Below, piece after piece: positions 20,379 through 30,639 of a stretch of DNA of 64,000 bases. The notes beneath the pieces were generated by a model. It did no database searches, had not been told where the DNA came from, and saw only the letters and a program-made list of their open reading frames with translations. Position 1 is the first letter of the stretch. Each line of letters begins with the position of its first letter. The stretch spans positions 11,692-75,691 of the forward strand of contig JAUNJM010000003.1 of the NCBI GenBank assembly GCA_030533265.1. Direction: 5' to 3'. Origin of the DNA: Ruminococcus sp. GTDB lineage: Bacteria > Bacillota > Clostridia > Oscillospirales > Ruminococcaceae. The position numbers were made by a program, and so were the translations under genes.

Positions 20379-21536
20379 ATGACAATATACAACGTAAAGA
20401 TATATACCATTAATAAAAATCGTGATGTTATCGAAAACGGATACGTCAGATTTGAAAAAGGCAAAATAACAGAAATCGGAACAGGTTTGCCCAAAGATAT
20501 TTCCGAAAGTGATCTGGATGGCAAGGGAGCAAGTCTTTATCCGGGCTTTATTGATGCACATACGCATCTTGGACTTACTACAAACGGCGTCGGTGTAGAG
20601 AGTGAGGACTTCAACGAGGAGTCTGATCCTACAGCGTCACAGCTCAGGATTGCAGACGGTATAAATCCGATGGACACAAGCTTTCAGGAAGCTGTAAGAG
20701 CAGGGATAACAACTGCTGTAGTGTCACCGGGATCTATGAATCCTATAGCCGGAGATATAGTTGCATTGAAAACTGTCGGAAAACGTGTCGATAAGATGAT
20801 AATAAAAACGGTCGGAATGAAATTCTCTATGGGAGAAAACCCAAAAATGACATACATGAACAGAGATGAGTCACCATGTACCAGAATGGCTGTTGCAGGT
20901 ATGATAAGAGAGGCTCTCTATAAAGCAAAAAGATATATGCAAGACAAGGAATCATCTGTTGAAAATGATGACGATGCACCTGACTTTGATATAAAATGCG
21001 AGTCGTTGATACCACTTCTCAAAGGCGATGTGAAAGCACATTTCCATTGCCACCGTGCAGATGATATTTTCACGGCAATAAGAATTGCAAACGAGTTTTC
21101 ACTCGATTACACTTTGGTGCATTGCACCGATGGACACCTCATTGCCGATGAACTTAAAGATGAAAATGCAACGGCGATAGTCGGACCAATAATATGTGAT
21201 CCATGTAAGCCTGAGCTTGCGAACATTACTCCGAAAAATGCAGGCGTATTGCAAAAAGCCGGTATAAAAACAGCGATATGCACTGACCATTCAGAAGTGC
21301 CGATACAGTATCTGCCGATAAGCGTTGGAATAGCTGTGAAAAACGGTCTTGACATGGACAAAGCTATTGAAACGGTTACGATAAATTCAGCCGAGATCGC
21401 AGGTATAAGTGATAGAGTAGGATCGGTTGAACAAGGTAAAGACGCAGATTTTGTGCTGTTTGATGGCTACCCGTTTGAGATAATGAGCGAACCTAAAGCA
21501 GTGTTTGTGAACGGTGAGAAGATTTTTGAAAACTGA
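20379..21536 (+). CDS. Amidohydrolase family protein
   Basis: PGFIDAHTH, GENPK, HCHRADD, TDH, GKDAD. Confidence 0.88.
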   Translation: MTIYNVKIYTINKNRDVIENGYVRFEKGKITEIGTGLPKDISESDLDGKGASLYPGFIDAHTHLGLTTNGVGVESEDFNEESDPTASQLRIADGINPMDTSFQEAVRAGITTAVVSPGSMNPIAGDIVALKTVGKRVDKMIIKTVGMKFSMGENPKMTYMNRDESPCTRMAVAGMIREALYKAKRYMQDKESSVENDDDAPDFDIKCESLIPLLKGDVKAHFHCHRADDIFTAIRIANEFSLDYTLVHCTDGHLIADELKDENATAIVGPIICDPCKPELANITPKNAGVLQKAGIKTAICTDHSEVPIQYLPISVGIAVKNGLDMDKAIETVTINSAEIAGISDRVGSVEQGKDADFVLFDGYPFEIMSEPKAVFVNGEKIFEN

Positions 21537-21553
21537 GCGAAAGGAAAACTACT

Positions 21554-22396
21554 ATGAGAGAAATAAATGTAAGTGAAATAGAAAACGCAGTAAGAGATCT
21601 TTGTATAAAGGCAAATCTCTATCTTCCACAGGATATGGAGCAGTGTATAAAATGCAGTGCAGAAAAGGAAAAATCACCTGTCGGACAAAGCGTTTTTGAC
21701 GATATTATCAGAAATATCAGCGTTGCTAAAGATGAAACAGTTCCTATCTGTCAGGACTGTGGAATGGCAGTGGTATTCATGGAGGTCGGACAGGATGTGC
21801 ATTTTGTCGGTGGCTCTGTGAACGATGCCATAAACAAGGGTGTATCCCGTGGATATACTGAGGGCAAGCTCAGATGCTCAGTAGTCAGTGATCCTCTTGA
21901 AAGAGTAAACAGCGGCGACAATACTCCTGCTGTTGTTCATTTGAAATACATTGACGGAGAAAACGTAAATATAACCGTTGCACCAAAAGGATTCGGCAGT
22001 GAGAATATGTCACAGCTTAAAATGATGACACCATCGGTCACAACGGACGAGATAGTAGACTGGGTAGTAAGCGTATGTGCAACAGCAGGGTCAAATCCAT
22101 GTCCACCGATAGTTATTGGTGTAGGTATCGGTGGCGACTTTGAAAAGTGTGCGTATCTTGCAAAAAAAGCACTTTGCAGACCTGTTTCACAGCGTAATCC
22201 TAAAGCTCTTTATGCTGAGCTTGAGCAGAAAATGCTCGATAAGATAAACAAGCTCGGTATCGGTCCACAGGGATTCGGCGGAACACAGACCTGTCTTGCA
22301 GTGAACATTGAACAAGCTCCTACGCATATTGCAGGTCTGCCTGTTTCGGTAAACGTCGGCTGTCATGTAACACGTCACGCTAGCTGTACAGTCTAA
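21554..22396 (+). CDS. Class I fumarate hydratase / tartrate dehydratase alpha subunit
   Basis: PICQDCG, KGFGSEN, NPCPP, GPQGFGG, CHVTRH. Confidence 0.9.
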   Translation: MREINVSEIENAVRDLCIKANLYLPQDMEQCIKCSAEKEKSPVGQSVFDDIIRNISVAKDETVPICQDCGMAVVFMEVGQDVHFVGGSVNDAINKGVSRGYTEGKLRCSVVSDPLERVNSGDNTPAVVHLKYIDGENVNITVAPKGFGSENMSQLKMMTPSVTTDEIVDWVVSVCATAGSNPCPPIVIGVGIGGDFEKCAYLAKKALCRPVSQRNPKALYAELEQKMLDKINKLGIGPQGFGGTQTCLAVNIEQAPTHIAGLPVSVNVGCHVTRHASCTV

Positions 22397-22455
22397 CTCT
22401 GACTTGCAATTCGTAGGCGACTGTTTATATATTGTTAAAGGGAGATAATCATATA

Positions 22456-24357
22456 ATGGAAAACCAGTTACAAAATCATCTTGACGATTTTGACGTTATA
22501 GTAGTCGGAGCAGGTCATGCAGGCTGCGAGGCAGCACTTTCGGCTGCAAGGCTTGGTATGAAAACAGCGGTTTTTACGTTGACTCTTGACGGAATTGCAA
22601 ATATGCCTTGCAATCCGTCAATAGGAGGAACGGCAAAAGGACATCTTGTCCGTGAAATTGACGCTCTCGGTGGAGAAATGGGCAGGGCTGCTGATGCAAC
22701 GTTCCTGCAAAGCCGTATACTCAATCGTGGCAAAGGCCCTGCTGTTCACAGCCTGAGAGTACAGTCAGACAGAATAAAATATCATACATATATGAAACAA
22801 CAGCTTGAGCAGACTGAAAATCTTTCAGTAAAACAGGATGAAGTGTGCAGAATACTCACTGATGATAACAGGGTAACAGGAGTTGTAACAAGACTTGGAA
22901 GCGAGTATTCGGCAAAGGCAGTTATTATAGCAGGCGGAACATACCTCAACGGTACAATACACGTTGGTGACAGCTCATATGCAGGTGGTCCTGATAACGT
23001 TATGCCTGCTACGCATATTTCCGATTCACTCAAAGAACTGGGTATAAATCTGCGTAGATTCAAAACCGGTACTCCTGCAAGAGTCCACAAGCGTTCGATA
23101 AATTTTGACGTTCTTGAAAAGCAGGATGGAGATGATAAGATAACACCGTTTGCTTTTGATAATGATGCCAAGCTTGAAAACACGGTTTCCTGCTATATAG
23201 CCTATACAAATGATGAAACGCATAATGTAATAAAAGATAATATTCACCGTTCACCAATGTATTCGGGTAGGATAGAAGGAATAGGCCCAAGATATTGTCC
23301 TTCAATCGAGGATAAGATAATGCGTTTTCCTGATAAGCCAAGACACCAGCTTTTTATTGAGCCGATGGGACTGGATACTGACGAGTATTATCTGCAAGGA
23401 ATGTCCTCATCATTGCCTGAGGATGTACAGATTAAATTCCTGCGTACCATAAAAGGTCTTGAAAATGTTGAGATAATGCGTAACGCCTATGCAATAGAAT
23501 ACGACTGCTGTGATCCTACAGACCTTGCTCCAACACTTGAGTTCAAGGGAATTTCCGGTCTTTACGGAGCCGGACAATTCAATGGTACATCAGGCTATGA
23601 GGAAGCAGCGGCACAAGGACTTGTTGCAGGAATAAATGCATCAATGAAAATCATGGGAAAGGAACCGATGATACTTGACAGAGCGTCTTCATACATCGGA
23701 ACGCTTATTGATGACCTTGTTACAAAGGGCTGTCTTGACCCTTACAGAATGCTTACATCAAGAAGCGAATACCGTCTGCTTCTGCGACAGGACAATGCCG
23801 ATATAAGACTCACTCCGACAGGGCATGAGATAGGGCTTATATCCGATGAAAGATATGACGCATTACAGAAAAAGCTGGAGCTTATAGGTAAAGAGATCGA
23901 CCGTGTATGGCATGTAAACTTAGGTCCTTCAAAGGATCTGAATGACTATCTTGAAAGCTGTGGAACTGAGGCCTTGCAGTCAGGAATAAAGCTCGCACAG
24001 CTTATAAGACGTCCACAGCTTTCGTATGATGGCCTGAAATTTGTTGATCCGAACAGACCTGAACTACCTGAACAGGTAAAAGAACAGGTCGAATTGCAGA
24101 TAAAGTATGAGGGATATATAAAGATACAGCTTGAACAGGTCGAAGCTATGAGAAAGCTGGAGAAAAAAGCTCTCAATCCGGATACCGACTATTCTCAGAT
24201 AAAAGGATTGCGACTTGAAGCGATAGAAAAGCTTAACAAAATCAAGCCATTGAGCGTTGGACAGGCAAGTCGTATTTCAGGTGTCAACCCTGCTGATATA
24301 AATGTCCTGCTCATCTATCTTGAACAGCAGTCCTCTGCCGGACGGGCCTTGTCATGA
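22456..24357 (+). CDS. mnmG: tRNA uridine 5-carboxymethylaminomethyl modification enzyme
   Basis: [41 protein letters not shown]. Confidence 0.97.
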   Translation: MENQLQNHLDDFDVIVVGAGHAGCEAALSAARLGMKTAVFTLTLDGIANMPCNPSIGGTAKGHLVREIDALGGEMGRAADATFLQSRILNRGKGPAVHSLRVQSDRIKYHTYMKQQLEQTENLSVKQDEVCRILTDDNRVTGVVTRLGSEYSAKAVIIAGGTYLNGTIHVGDSSYAGGPDNVMPATHISDSLKELGINLRRFKTGTPARVHKRSINFDVLEKQDGDDKITPFAFDNDAKLENTVSCYIAYTNDETHNVIKDNIHRSPMYSGRIEGIGPRYCPSIEDKIMRFPDKPRHQLFIEPMGLDTDEYYLQGMSSSLPEDVQIKFLRTIKGLENVEIMRNAYAIEYDCCDPTDLAPTLEFKGISGLYGAGQFNGTSGYEEAAAQGLVAGINASMKIMGKEPMILDRASSYIGTLIDDLVTKGCLDPYRMLTSRSEYRLLLRQDNADIRLTPTGHEIGLISDERYDALQKKLELIGKEIDRVWHVNLGPSKDLNDYLESCGTEALQSGIKLAQLIRRPQLSYDGLKFVDPNRPELPEQVKEQVELQIKYEGYIKIQLEQVEAMRKLEKKALNPDTDYSQIKGLRLEAIEKLNKIKPLSVGQASRISGVNPADINVLLIYLEQQSSAGRALS

Positions 24358-24410
24358 TAATAGTTTGTAAGCATCAGATTTTTGCACTCGCTGTGGAGAG
24401 TCTGATAAAT

Positions 24411-25709
24411 TTAGTCTGCCTTTACGGACTTGTTTGTTGACAAAAGTAAAATCGCTGTCAGATTCGGCAATGCCATAAGACCATTAAAAATATCTGAAAT
24501 ACTCCAAACGACTGACAAAGAGGATACCGAGCCGATAAATACGCAGATTGTGAAAATCAGCTTATAAATCATGCACTTTTCGGGGAAAATATAAGACCAC
24601 GCACTTTGACCGATAAAAAACCAACCTGTAATGGTTGCAAAGGCAAAGAGAATCATGGAAACTGCCATGAAAACACTTCCGAACTCTCCAAGCCCTGTTG
24701 AGAAAGCAGCGCATATCATCTCGGGACCACCATCACCGATCTCGACACCGCTTACTAAAATCACAAGAGCAGTAACTGTGCATAGTATTATTGTATCGAC
24801 AAAAACCTCAGCCATGCCCCAGTTTCCGAGAGTTTTCGCATTCTTTGAACGACAGCTTGCGTGTACGGCAACGGTTGAGCCAAGTCCTGCTTCGTTGGAA
24901 AAAGCTCCACGTTTTAATCCGACAATACAAGCCTGTTTTATTGCAAAGCCTGCACCGCCTCCTGCAACCGATTCGGTGCAAAACGCAGAGTCGAAAATCT
25001 TGTAAAAAGCATCAAGAAGTTCTGAACGATGGGTGATTATAACTACCAATGAACCGATTATGTAGAAAAGTGCCATAAATGGCACAAGCTTTTCGGTACA
25101 TTTTGCAAGACGATCTTTGCCTGATATAATTATCGCTATAAGAAAAGCTATAATGACTCCACTTACAGGCAACGGAATTGAAAAGGTTTCCTTGCAGGAT
25201 ACGGAAATAGCATTACTTTGAGCCATGTTACCCATTCCAAGTGATGCAAGAGTACAAAAAACTGCAAAAAGTATCGCAAGCCATTTTGAATCAAGACCTT
25301 TTTCCATATAGAGCATTGCACCTGAAAACCCTGATTTCTGGCTGTATTTTACTCCAAGAAAATTTTCGGTGTAAGAAAGAGCCATTCCGAAAAAAGCAGA
25401 TACCCACATCCAGAAAACTGCTCCTGCACCACCAATAGCGATAGCAGTTCCGACTCCGACAATGCTTCCCGTACCTGCAGTTGCCGCAAGGGACGTTGCA
25501 AAACTCTGGAATTGTGATATACCACCTTGCTCATTATCAGATTTTTTGTCCTTTTTCAAAAGTGCAAAAAATGTGCTTCTGAGAATTTTTATAAAATGTA
25601 TCTGAGGAAAACCCATTCGAAATGAGAGATAAATTCCTCCTCCGAGCATAAGTATTAAAACAGGATAACCCCATATTACCCCTGAGATTTTTTCCAATAT
25701 AAGTTCCAT
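24411..25709 (-). CDS. Sodium:alanine/glycine symporter (AGCS family)
   Basis: GAGAVFWMW, FSNEAGLGS, VFVDTIILCT, GLMALPN. Confidence 0.9.
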   Translation of the reverse strand: MELILEKISGVIWGYPVLILMLGGGIYLSFRMGFPQIHFIKILRSTFFALLKKDKKSDNEQGGISQFQSFATSLAATAGTGSIVGVGTAIAIGGAGAVFWMWVSAFFGMALSYTENFLGVKYSQKSGFSGAMLYMEKGLDSKWLAILFAVFCTLASLGMGNMAQSNAISVSCKETFSIPLPVSGVIIAFLIAIIISGKDRLAKCTEKLVPFMALFYIIGSLVVIITHRSELLDAFYKIFDSAFCTESVAGGGAGFAIKQACIVGLKRGAFSNEAGLGSTVAVHASCRSKNAKTLGNWGMAEVFVDTIILCTVTALVILVSGVEIGDGGPEMICAAFSTGLGEFGSVFMAVSMILFAFATITGWFFIGQSAWSYIFPEKCMIYKLIFTICVFIGSVSSLSVVWSISDIFNGLMALPNLTAILLLSTNKSVKAD

Positions 25710-25781
25710 AAAACAGCCTCCCTCTGCATTTTTATGCTTGAAAAGGGCGTTTTATACTTCATACATGAGAGGTAACAGACT

Positions 25782-26252
25782 ATGTATACTTGTAAACCTG
25801 CGAAAAGGTCAATCGTGTTTATATATGTATCAATACTGTTGATTGCTATGCTTATCACACAGCTTGTATTGACATTCGACAGCTTTTTAAAAGAATTAGG
25901 AAACTACATTCTGATAATTCTCTGGGCTATTGTCGGTATATATCTGCTTATACTGTTTCCACTGTTCTATAAAAAAACGAGGTTCATGGTATCAAAGGAC
26001 GACATAGTAAAATACACCTTCCTGTTCACCTTCAAGTATCAGTATATGACAATGGATTCAGTAAGATCCGTATCAACAATAATAACACCTCTGAGCAGGG
26101 TGACTGGTCTGAATTTTATTATCATAAATGCACTCGGTTCAAAAATGCTCCTGCCTTTCATACTGAAAGACGATTGCCTGGAGATAACGAAATACTTTAA
26201 CGAGATAATCAGTAACCGACACAAAACCGCAGATAATGCTTCAAAGGAGTGA
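25782..26252 (+). CDS. Small membrane protein, YdbS-like (bPH domain)
   Basis: Two TM helices then a beta-rich domain; coupled to a YdbT-like gene. Confidence 0.55.
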   Translation: MYTCKPAKRSIVFIYVSILLIAMLITQLVLTFDSFLKELGNYILIILWAIVGIYLLILFPLFYKKTRFMVSKDDIVKYTFLFTFKYQYMTMDSVRSVSTIITPLSRVTGLNFIIINALGSKMLLPFILKDDCLEITKYFNEIISNRHKTADNASKE

Positions 26253-27763
26253 GTGATTTGGCAAGAACTGCCATGCATAAGAAGGCAAATTGGCTGAGAA
26301 CTTTTTTCAGACACCGTCAGCATCCTTTGAAAATTCTGATTTATACCTCAAAGAATATCTGGTTGCTTGCAATTCCTCTGACCAAGTATCTTATCGCAAG
26401 CAAATTTGACTTTCAAAACTGGATAAAAACTAACTGGGTAGATATTCTTACTATAGTTGTTATTTTCGGACTTGCATTTTTCAGGTGGGTGTTTGTCTAC
26501 TATGAAACGGAAAGTGACGGAATTGTTGCACATACCGGACTTTTCGGAATGATGACAACAAAGGTATATTATAGTGAGATAACGACAATGTCCTGTTGTC
26601 AGAGCTATCTTCAAAGACTCTTCAATGCCTGTACGCTGTATATCGAAACCAACGCAAAATCTCTTTCAGGTACGGAAATAAAGCTTGATTTAAGAGAAAA
26701 ATGTGTCAACGAAATTTATGATATTGTGACAGCACAGTGCAAAAACAATAACAAAATGACCATAAAGCCTAAGCAGACTCATCTCCTGATTTTTTCACTG
26801 CTGTTTTCATCGGCTGTTTCAGGTATGATAATTTTCGGTATGTTCATGTTTCAGCTTTACCGATTTGTCGGACGAGAGATTGAGGAAAAGCTGATAACAA
26901 CTGTAAATGGAGAAATAACAAAGGTTAATCTCACTATACTTCGGTTTACAAGCTCGATACCGAAAATCATACAGATAACTGCTCTGACGATAATCGGAGG
27001 CTGGTTGCTGTCGTTTATAGTCAACCTTATGAGGCACTGCAACTTCAAGGCTACAAGGTGTGGATCACAGCTTCTCATAAAAAGCGGAGTGCTTATCAGA
27101 CGCAGATACGTCATAAACCGTGATAAAATCAATTATTTTGACTATCAGAAATCGCTTTTGATGAAACTTTTCAGAATATGCTCTGTCACGATACATTGTA
27201 CAGGCTATGGAGCAAGATACCGTGAGATCTCAGCTCTTATTCCGATAACGACAATGAGCGAGGTGAGAGCCTCTCTCAAAATACTTGAACCACAGATTCC
27301 TCACACAGTTATCGAAATAAAAACGACCCCAAAAGATATACCGAGATTTATGTTCATGCCTGTGGTGTATGGATTCATCCCACCGATTGCAGGAGGGATA
27401 TTAAAGCTTTTATTCCCGTCATGGAGCAAAGAGATAGATATTCTTATGGTGATTGCACTTATTCCGTTTGCATGGAAGCTTATCGTTGCAATAGTAGCAT
27501 CCTATAATACATCCGTAGGCTTTAAAAACGGATACTGCACATTAAGATATTGTCATTTTTACAAGTTCCATAAGATAATAATGCCTAAAGAAAATATCAG
27601 CAAAACAGTCGTTTCACAAACATTGTTCCAGAAGATAAGCCATACCTGCAACCTGAAAATATATACGAATTCAGAGAAGACCTGTTTTCACAGGCTGAAA
27701 AACCTGCCTCTTGAAAAAACTCTTGACCTCTATTTGCGTGAAGGCTTGCAGACGTTTTTCTGA
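26249..27763 (+). CDS. Membrane protein with repeated bPH_2 domains, YdbT-like
   Basis: HPL start motif; three TM-pair/PH repeats (QSYLQRLF, QKSLLMKLF, QTLFQKI); start uncertain. Confidence 0.65.
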   Translation: MSDLARTAMHKKANWLRTFFRHRQHPLKILIYTSKNIWLLAIPLTKYLIASKFDFQNWIKTNWVDILTIVVIFGLAFFRWVFVYYETESDGIVAHTGLFGMMTTKVYYSEITTMSCCQSYLQRLFNACTLYIETNAKSLSGTEIKLDLREKCVNEIYDIVTAQCKNNNKMTIKPKQTHLLIFSLLFSSAVSGMIIFGMFMFQLYRFVGREIEEKLITTVNGEITKVNLTILRFTSSIPKIIQITALTIIGGWLLSFIVNLMRHCNFKATRCGSQLLIKSGVLIRRRYVINRDKINYFDYQKSLLMKLFRICSVTIHCTGYGARYREISALIPITTMSEVRASLKILEPQIPHTVIEIKTTPKDIPRFMFMPVVYGFIPPIAGGILKLLFPSWSKEIDILMVIALIPFAWKLIVAIVASYNTSVGFKNGYCTLRYCHFYKFHKIIMPKENISKTVVSQTLFQKISHTCNLKIYTNSEKTCFHRLKNLPLEKTLDLYLREGLQTFF

Positions 27764-27883
27764 CAGACAAACACGATTTACCGATACAGACTAAATTTGT
27801 ATCGACCTAATGGGTATACTTATTCTCATAAGCGCTCAATAGGTTCAAACCGATAATATAAAACTATCTGTATTACCCGGTTG

Positions 27884-27972
27884 CTTGTGCAAAATAAACA
27901 AAAAAAGAATTGTAAATTCTTCGTTAAAAACGTCGGATAACACTTGCAATAAACGCAGTGTTGTAGTATAAT
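27884..27972 (+). promoter_or_regulatory. Duplicated hydrogenase promoter, copy A (drives hydC)
   Basis: TTGCAA-17-TATAAT; 75/89 ungapped identity to the reverse complement of 33548-33636. Confidence 0.85.
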
Positions 27973-28053
27973 ATTTATGTAGTATATTTTGAATGTAAAA
28001 TATTTCTTCGGCAGTCCTTGTCGGAGAAAAAGGAAATAATGGAGGTATGTTTT

Positions 28054-28554
28054 ATGAGTAAGAAGCCAAAGATGTATCCATTTAATGGAACAGCTGAGGA
28101 TGAACAGAAGCTCAGAGCTGTTATTGAAAAACATAGAAATCAGCCTGGTGGACTTATGCCTATTCTTCAGGAGGCACAGGCTATTTATGGTTATCTTCCA
28201 TATGAAGTACAGTCAATAATCGCAAAAGAGCTTGATATTTCAATGTCAAAGGTTTATGGTGTTGCAACATTCTATTCTCAGTTCTCACTTACTCCAAAGG
28301 GCAAATATCAGATCAGCATCTGTCTTGGAACAGCTTGCTATGTTAAGGGTTCTGACAAGCTTCTTGAGGCAGTTGAAGAAAAACTCGGCATCAAAAACGG
28401 AGAATGTACACCTGATGGCTTGTTCTCAATCGACTGTTGCAGATGTGTTGGTGCTTGCGGACTTGCACCTGTTATGCTCATCAACGAGGATGTTTACGGA
28501 AAGATTGATCCTAAGCAGGTTCCTGAGATTCTTGAATCATACATGAACAGATAA
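28054..28554 (+). CDS. Bifurcating [FeFe]-hydrogenase 2Fe-2S subunit (NuoE/HydC/HndA-like)
   Basis: LQEAQAIYGYL, VATFYSQF, CLGTAC, CVGAC; GGAGG RBS. Confidence 0.93.
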   Translation: MSKKPKMYPFNGTAEDEQKLRAVIEKHRNQPGGLMPILQEAQAIYGYLPYEVQSIIAKELDISMSKVYGVATFYSQFSLTPKGKYQISICLGTACYVKGSDKLLEAVEEKLGIKNGECTPDGLFSIDCCRCVGACGLAPVMLINEDVYGKIDPKQVPEILESYMNR

Positions 28555-28576
28555 TTTTATTTTACTTACAGAATAT

Positions 28577-28610
28577 AAGCTCACCGGATTTAATTCCTGT
28601 GAGCTTTTTT
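28577..28610 (+). terminator. Terminator after hydC
   Basis: AAGCTCAC..GTGAGCTT stem plus T run. Confidence 0.8.
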
Positions 28611-28803
28611 GATTAGAAATCTACTTTACAAAAAGGATGGCTGTTATAATTATGCAAACGGTAAGAGGAAGGTAATTGTCATCTATACGAAAAGTCAGGA
28701 TACAAGAGAACAGGAAAGATTGAAGTCATAAACGATAGAATGTCGTTGGTATATTATGAAAAGTAGTAAAACTAATTTTAATTTGTAAATCTGAATATTA
28801 TAC

Positions 28804-28839
28804 AAAAATCCCACAGAGAAAATTATCTCTGTGGGATTT
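28804..28839 (-). terminator. Terminator after hydA
   Basis: AAATCCCACAGAGA/TCTCTGTGGGATTT stem, T run on the minus strand. Confidence 0.8.
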
Positions 28840-28884
28840 ACTTCTCTATTAAGCAAGAGTCTGCATTTTTGCAGTCATGAGAGA

Positions 28885-30621
28885 TTAAAGACCTCTCTTA
28901 ACATATGTTGTATGGAGAAGGTGATGAGCCTTTTCTGAACCTGGTTCACCAAGATATTCAGCATAGAGTTCCTTGATTGCAGGGTTCTCATGTGACTTTC
29001 TGATTGGCATATTAGCGTCAATGTTGTAGAGAACCTTGGCTCTTTCAGCACGAATATCAACAGTGTTTCTAATGTATGCAGGCTGCTGTGGCTGTCCACC
29101 ACCGTTTACACAACCACCAGGACATCCCATTATTTCGATGAACTGATAATCAGCTTCACCACTTTCAACCTTCTTGAGAATTTCCTTAGCATTTACAAGA
29201 CCTGAAGCAACAGCTACCTTAACGTTAAGACCTGCAACTTCATAAGAAGCTTCCTTGATACCGTCAGTACCACGAACATCATTAAAGTCGAGAGCCTTAA
29301 GCTCTTCACCAGTAAGAGTTTCGACTGCAGTTCTGAGAGCAGCTTCCATAACACCACCAGTTGCACCGAAGATAACTCCTGCTCCTGTTGAAAGACCAAG
29401 TGGCTGATCAAATTCTTCATCAGGAAGCTCAGTAAACTTGATACCTGCCTTCTGGATCAATCTGCCGAGCTCTCTTGTTGTAAGAGCGATATCAACATCA
29501 GGTACACCTGCAGCGTCCTCATCATCTCTGCCAATCTCGAACTTCTTAGCGGTACATGGCATAATAGCTACAACTACGATGTCCTTAGCATCAAGACCCA
29601 TCTTTTCAGCATAATAAGTCTTTGTGATAGCACCGAACATCTGCATTGGTGACTTACAGCTTGAAAGGTTATCGATAAGCTCAGGGAAATAATGCTCACA
29701 ATATTTAACCCATCCTGGTGAACAAGATGTGATAAGTGGGAGCTTTCCACCGTTCTTGACTCTTTCGATGAACTCGTGAGCTTCTTCCATGATAGTGAGG
29801 TCAGCACCAAAGTCAGTATCGAATACCTTGTCAAAACCAACTCTGCGAAGAGCCGCAACCATTTTGCCTTCAACGTCAGTACCGATTGGATAACCGAAGC
29901 ATTCACCAAGACCAGCTCTTACAGCAGGAGCAGTCTGAACGATAACAGTCTTATTTGGGTCAGCAATAGCAGCTAAAACGTCATCAACGTTATCCTTTTC
30001 TCTGAGAGCACCGGTTGGGCAAACAGCAATACACTGTCCACATGAAACACAGCTTGTTTCACCAAGACCACATTCAAAGCTTGTGCTGAGAACTGTATCA
30101 AAACCTCTTTCGTTAGGACCGATAACACCAACACTCTGAACCTTTTCACATACAGCAGCGCAACGACGGCAAAGAATACACTTGCTGTTATCTCTGATCA
30201 TGTGAGCTGATGTATCGTCAATTTCAGTTTCTGTCATTTCACCGTCATAACGTGAATCATCAACGCCGAGATCGTGACAAAGCTTGAGAAGCTCACAGTT
30301 GCCACTTCTTACGCATGAAAGACAGTTTTTCTTATGATTAGAAAGAATAAGCTCAAGAGTCATTTTTCTTGAGTTGAGGACTTTTGGAGAATTTGTGACA
30401 ATTTCCATGCCCTCAGCGATAGGGTAAACGCATGAAGCAACAAGGCTTCTTGCACCCTTTACTTCAACTACACAGATACGGCAGGCACCGATCTCGTTAA
30501 TTTCTTTAAGGAAGCAAAGAGTTGGGATTTCTATACCGGCAATTCTTGCAGCTTCAAGGATTGTAGAACCCTTTGGAGCAGAAATTGCAACGCCATTGAT
30601 TTTAATATTTACCATTTCCAT
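28885..30621 (-). CDS. hydA: [FeFe]-hydrogenase catalytic subunit (group A, HydA/HndD-like)
   Basis: N-terminal 2Fe-2S, His-ligated and 2x4Fe-4S motifs; H-cluster motifs TSCSPGW, MPCTAKKFE, EIMGCPGGCVNGGGQP. Confidence 0.95.
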   Translation of the reverse strand: MEMVNIKINGVAISAPKGSTILEAARIAGIEIPTLCFLKEINEIGACRICVVEVKGARSLVASCVYPIAEGMEIVTNSPKVLNSRKMTLELILSNHKKNCLSCVRSGNCELLKLCHDLGVDDSRYDGEMTETEIDDTSAHMIRDNSKCILCRRCAAVCEKVQSVGVIGPNERGFDTVLSTSFECGLGETSCVSCGQCIAVCPTGALREKDNVDDVLAAIADPNKTVIVQTAPAVRAGLGECFGYPIGTDVEGKMVAALRRVGFDKVFDTDFGADLTIMEEAHEFIERVKNGGKLPLITSCSPGWVKYCEHYFPELIDNLSSCKSPMQMFGAITKTYYAEKMGLDAKDIVVVAIMPCTAKKFEIGRDDEDAAGVPDVDIALTTRELGRLIQKAGIKFTELPDEEFDQPLGLSTGAGVIFGATGGVMEAALRTAVETLTGEELKALDFNDVRGTDGIKEASYEVAGLNVKVAVASGLVNAKEILKKVESGEADYQFIEIMGCPGGCVNGGGQPQQPAYIRNTVDIRAERAKVLYNIDANMPIRKSHENPAIKELYAEYLGEPGSEKAHHLLHTTYVKRGL

Positions 30622-30639
30622 TGTAATTCATCCTCCCTC

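Noticed and set aside
27910-27927. Rex box in the hydrogenase promoters (TTGTAAATTCTTCGTTAA)
   Set aside because: Only the left half-site fits; the right half matches 3 of 7 positions
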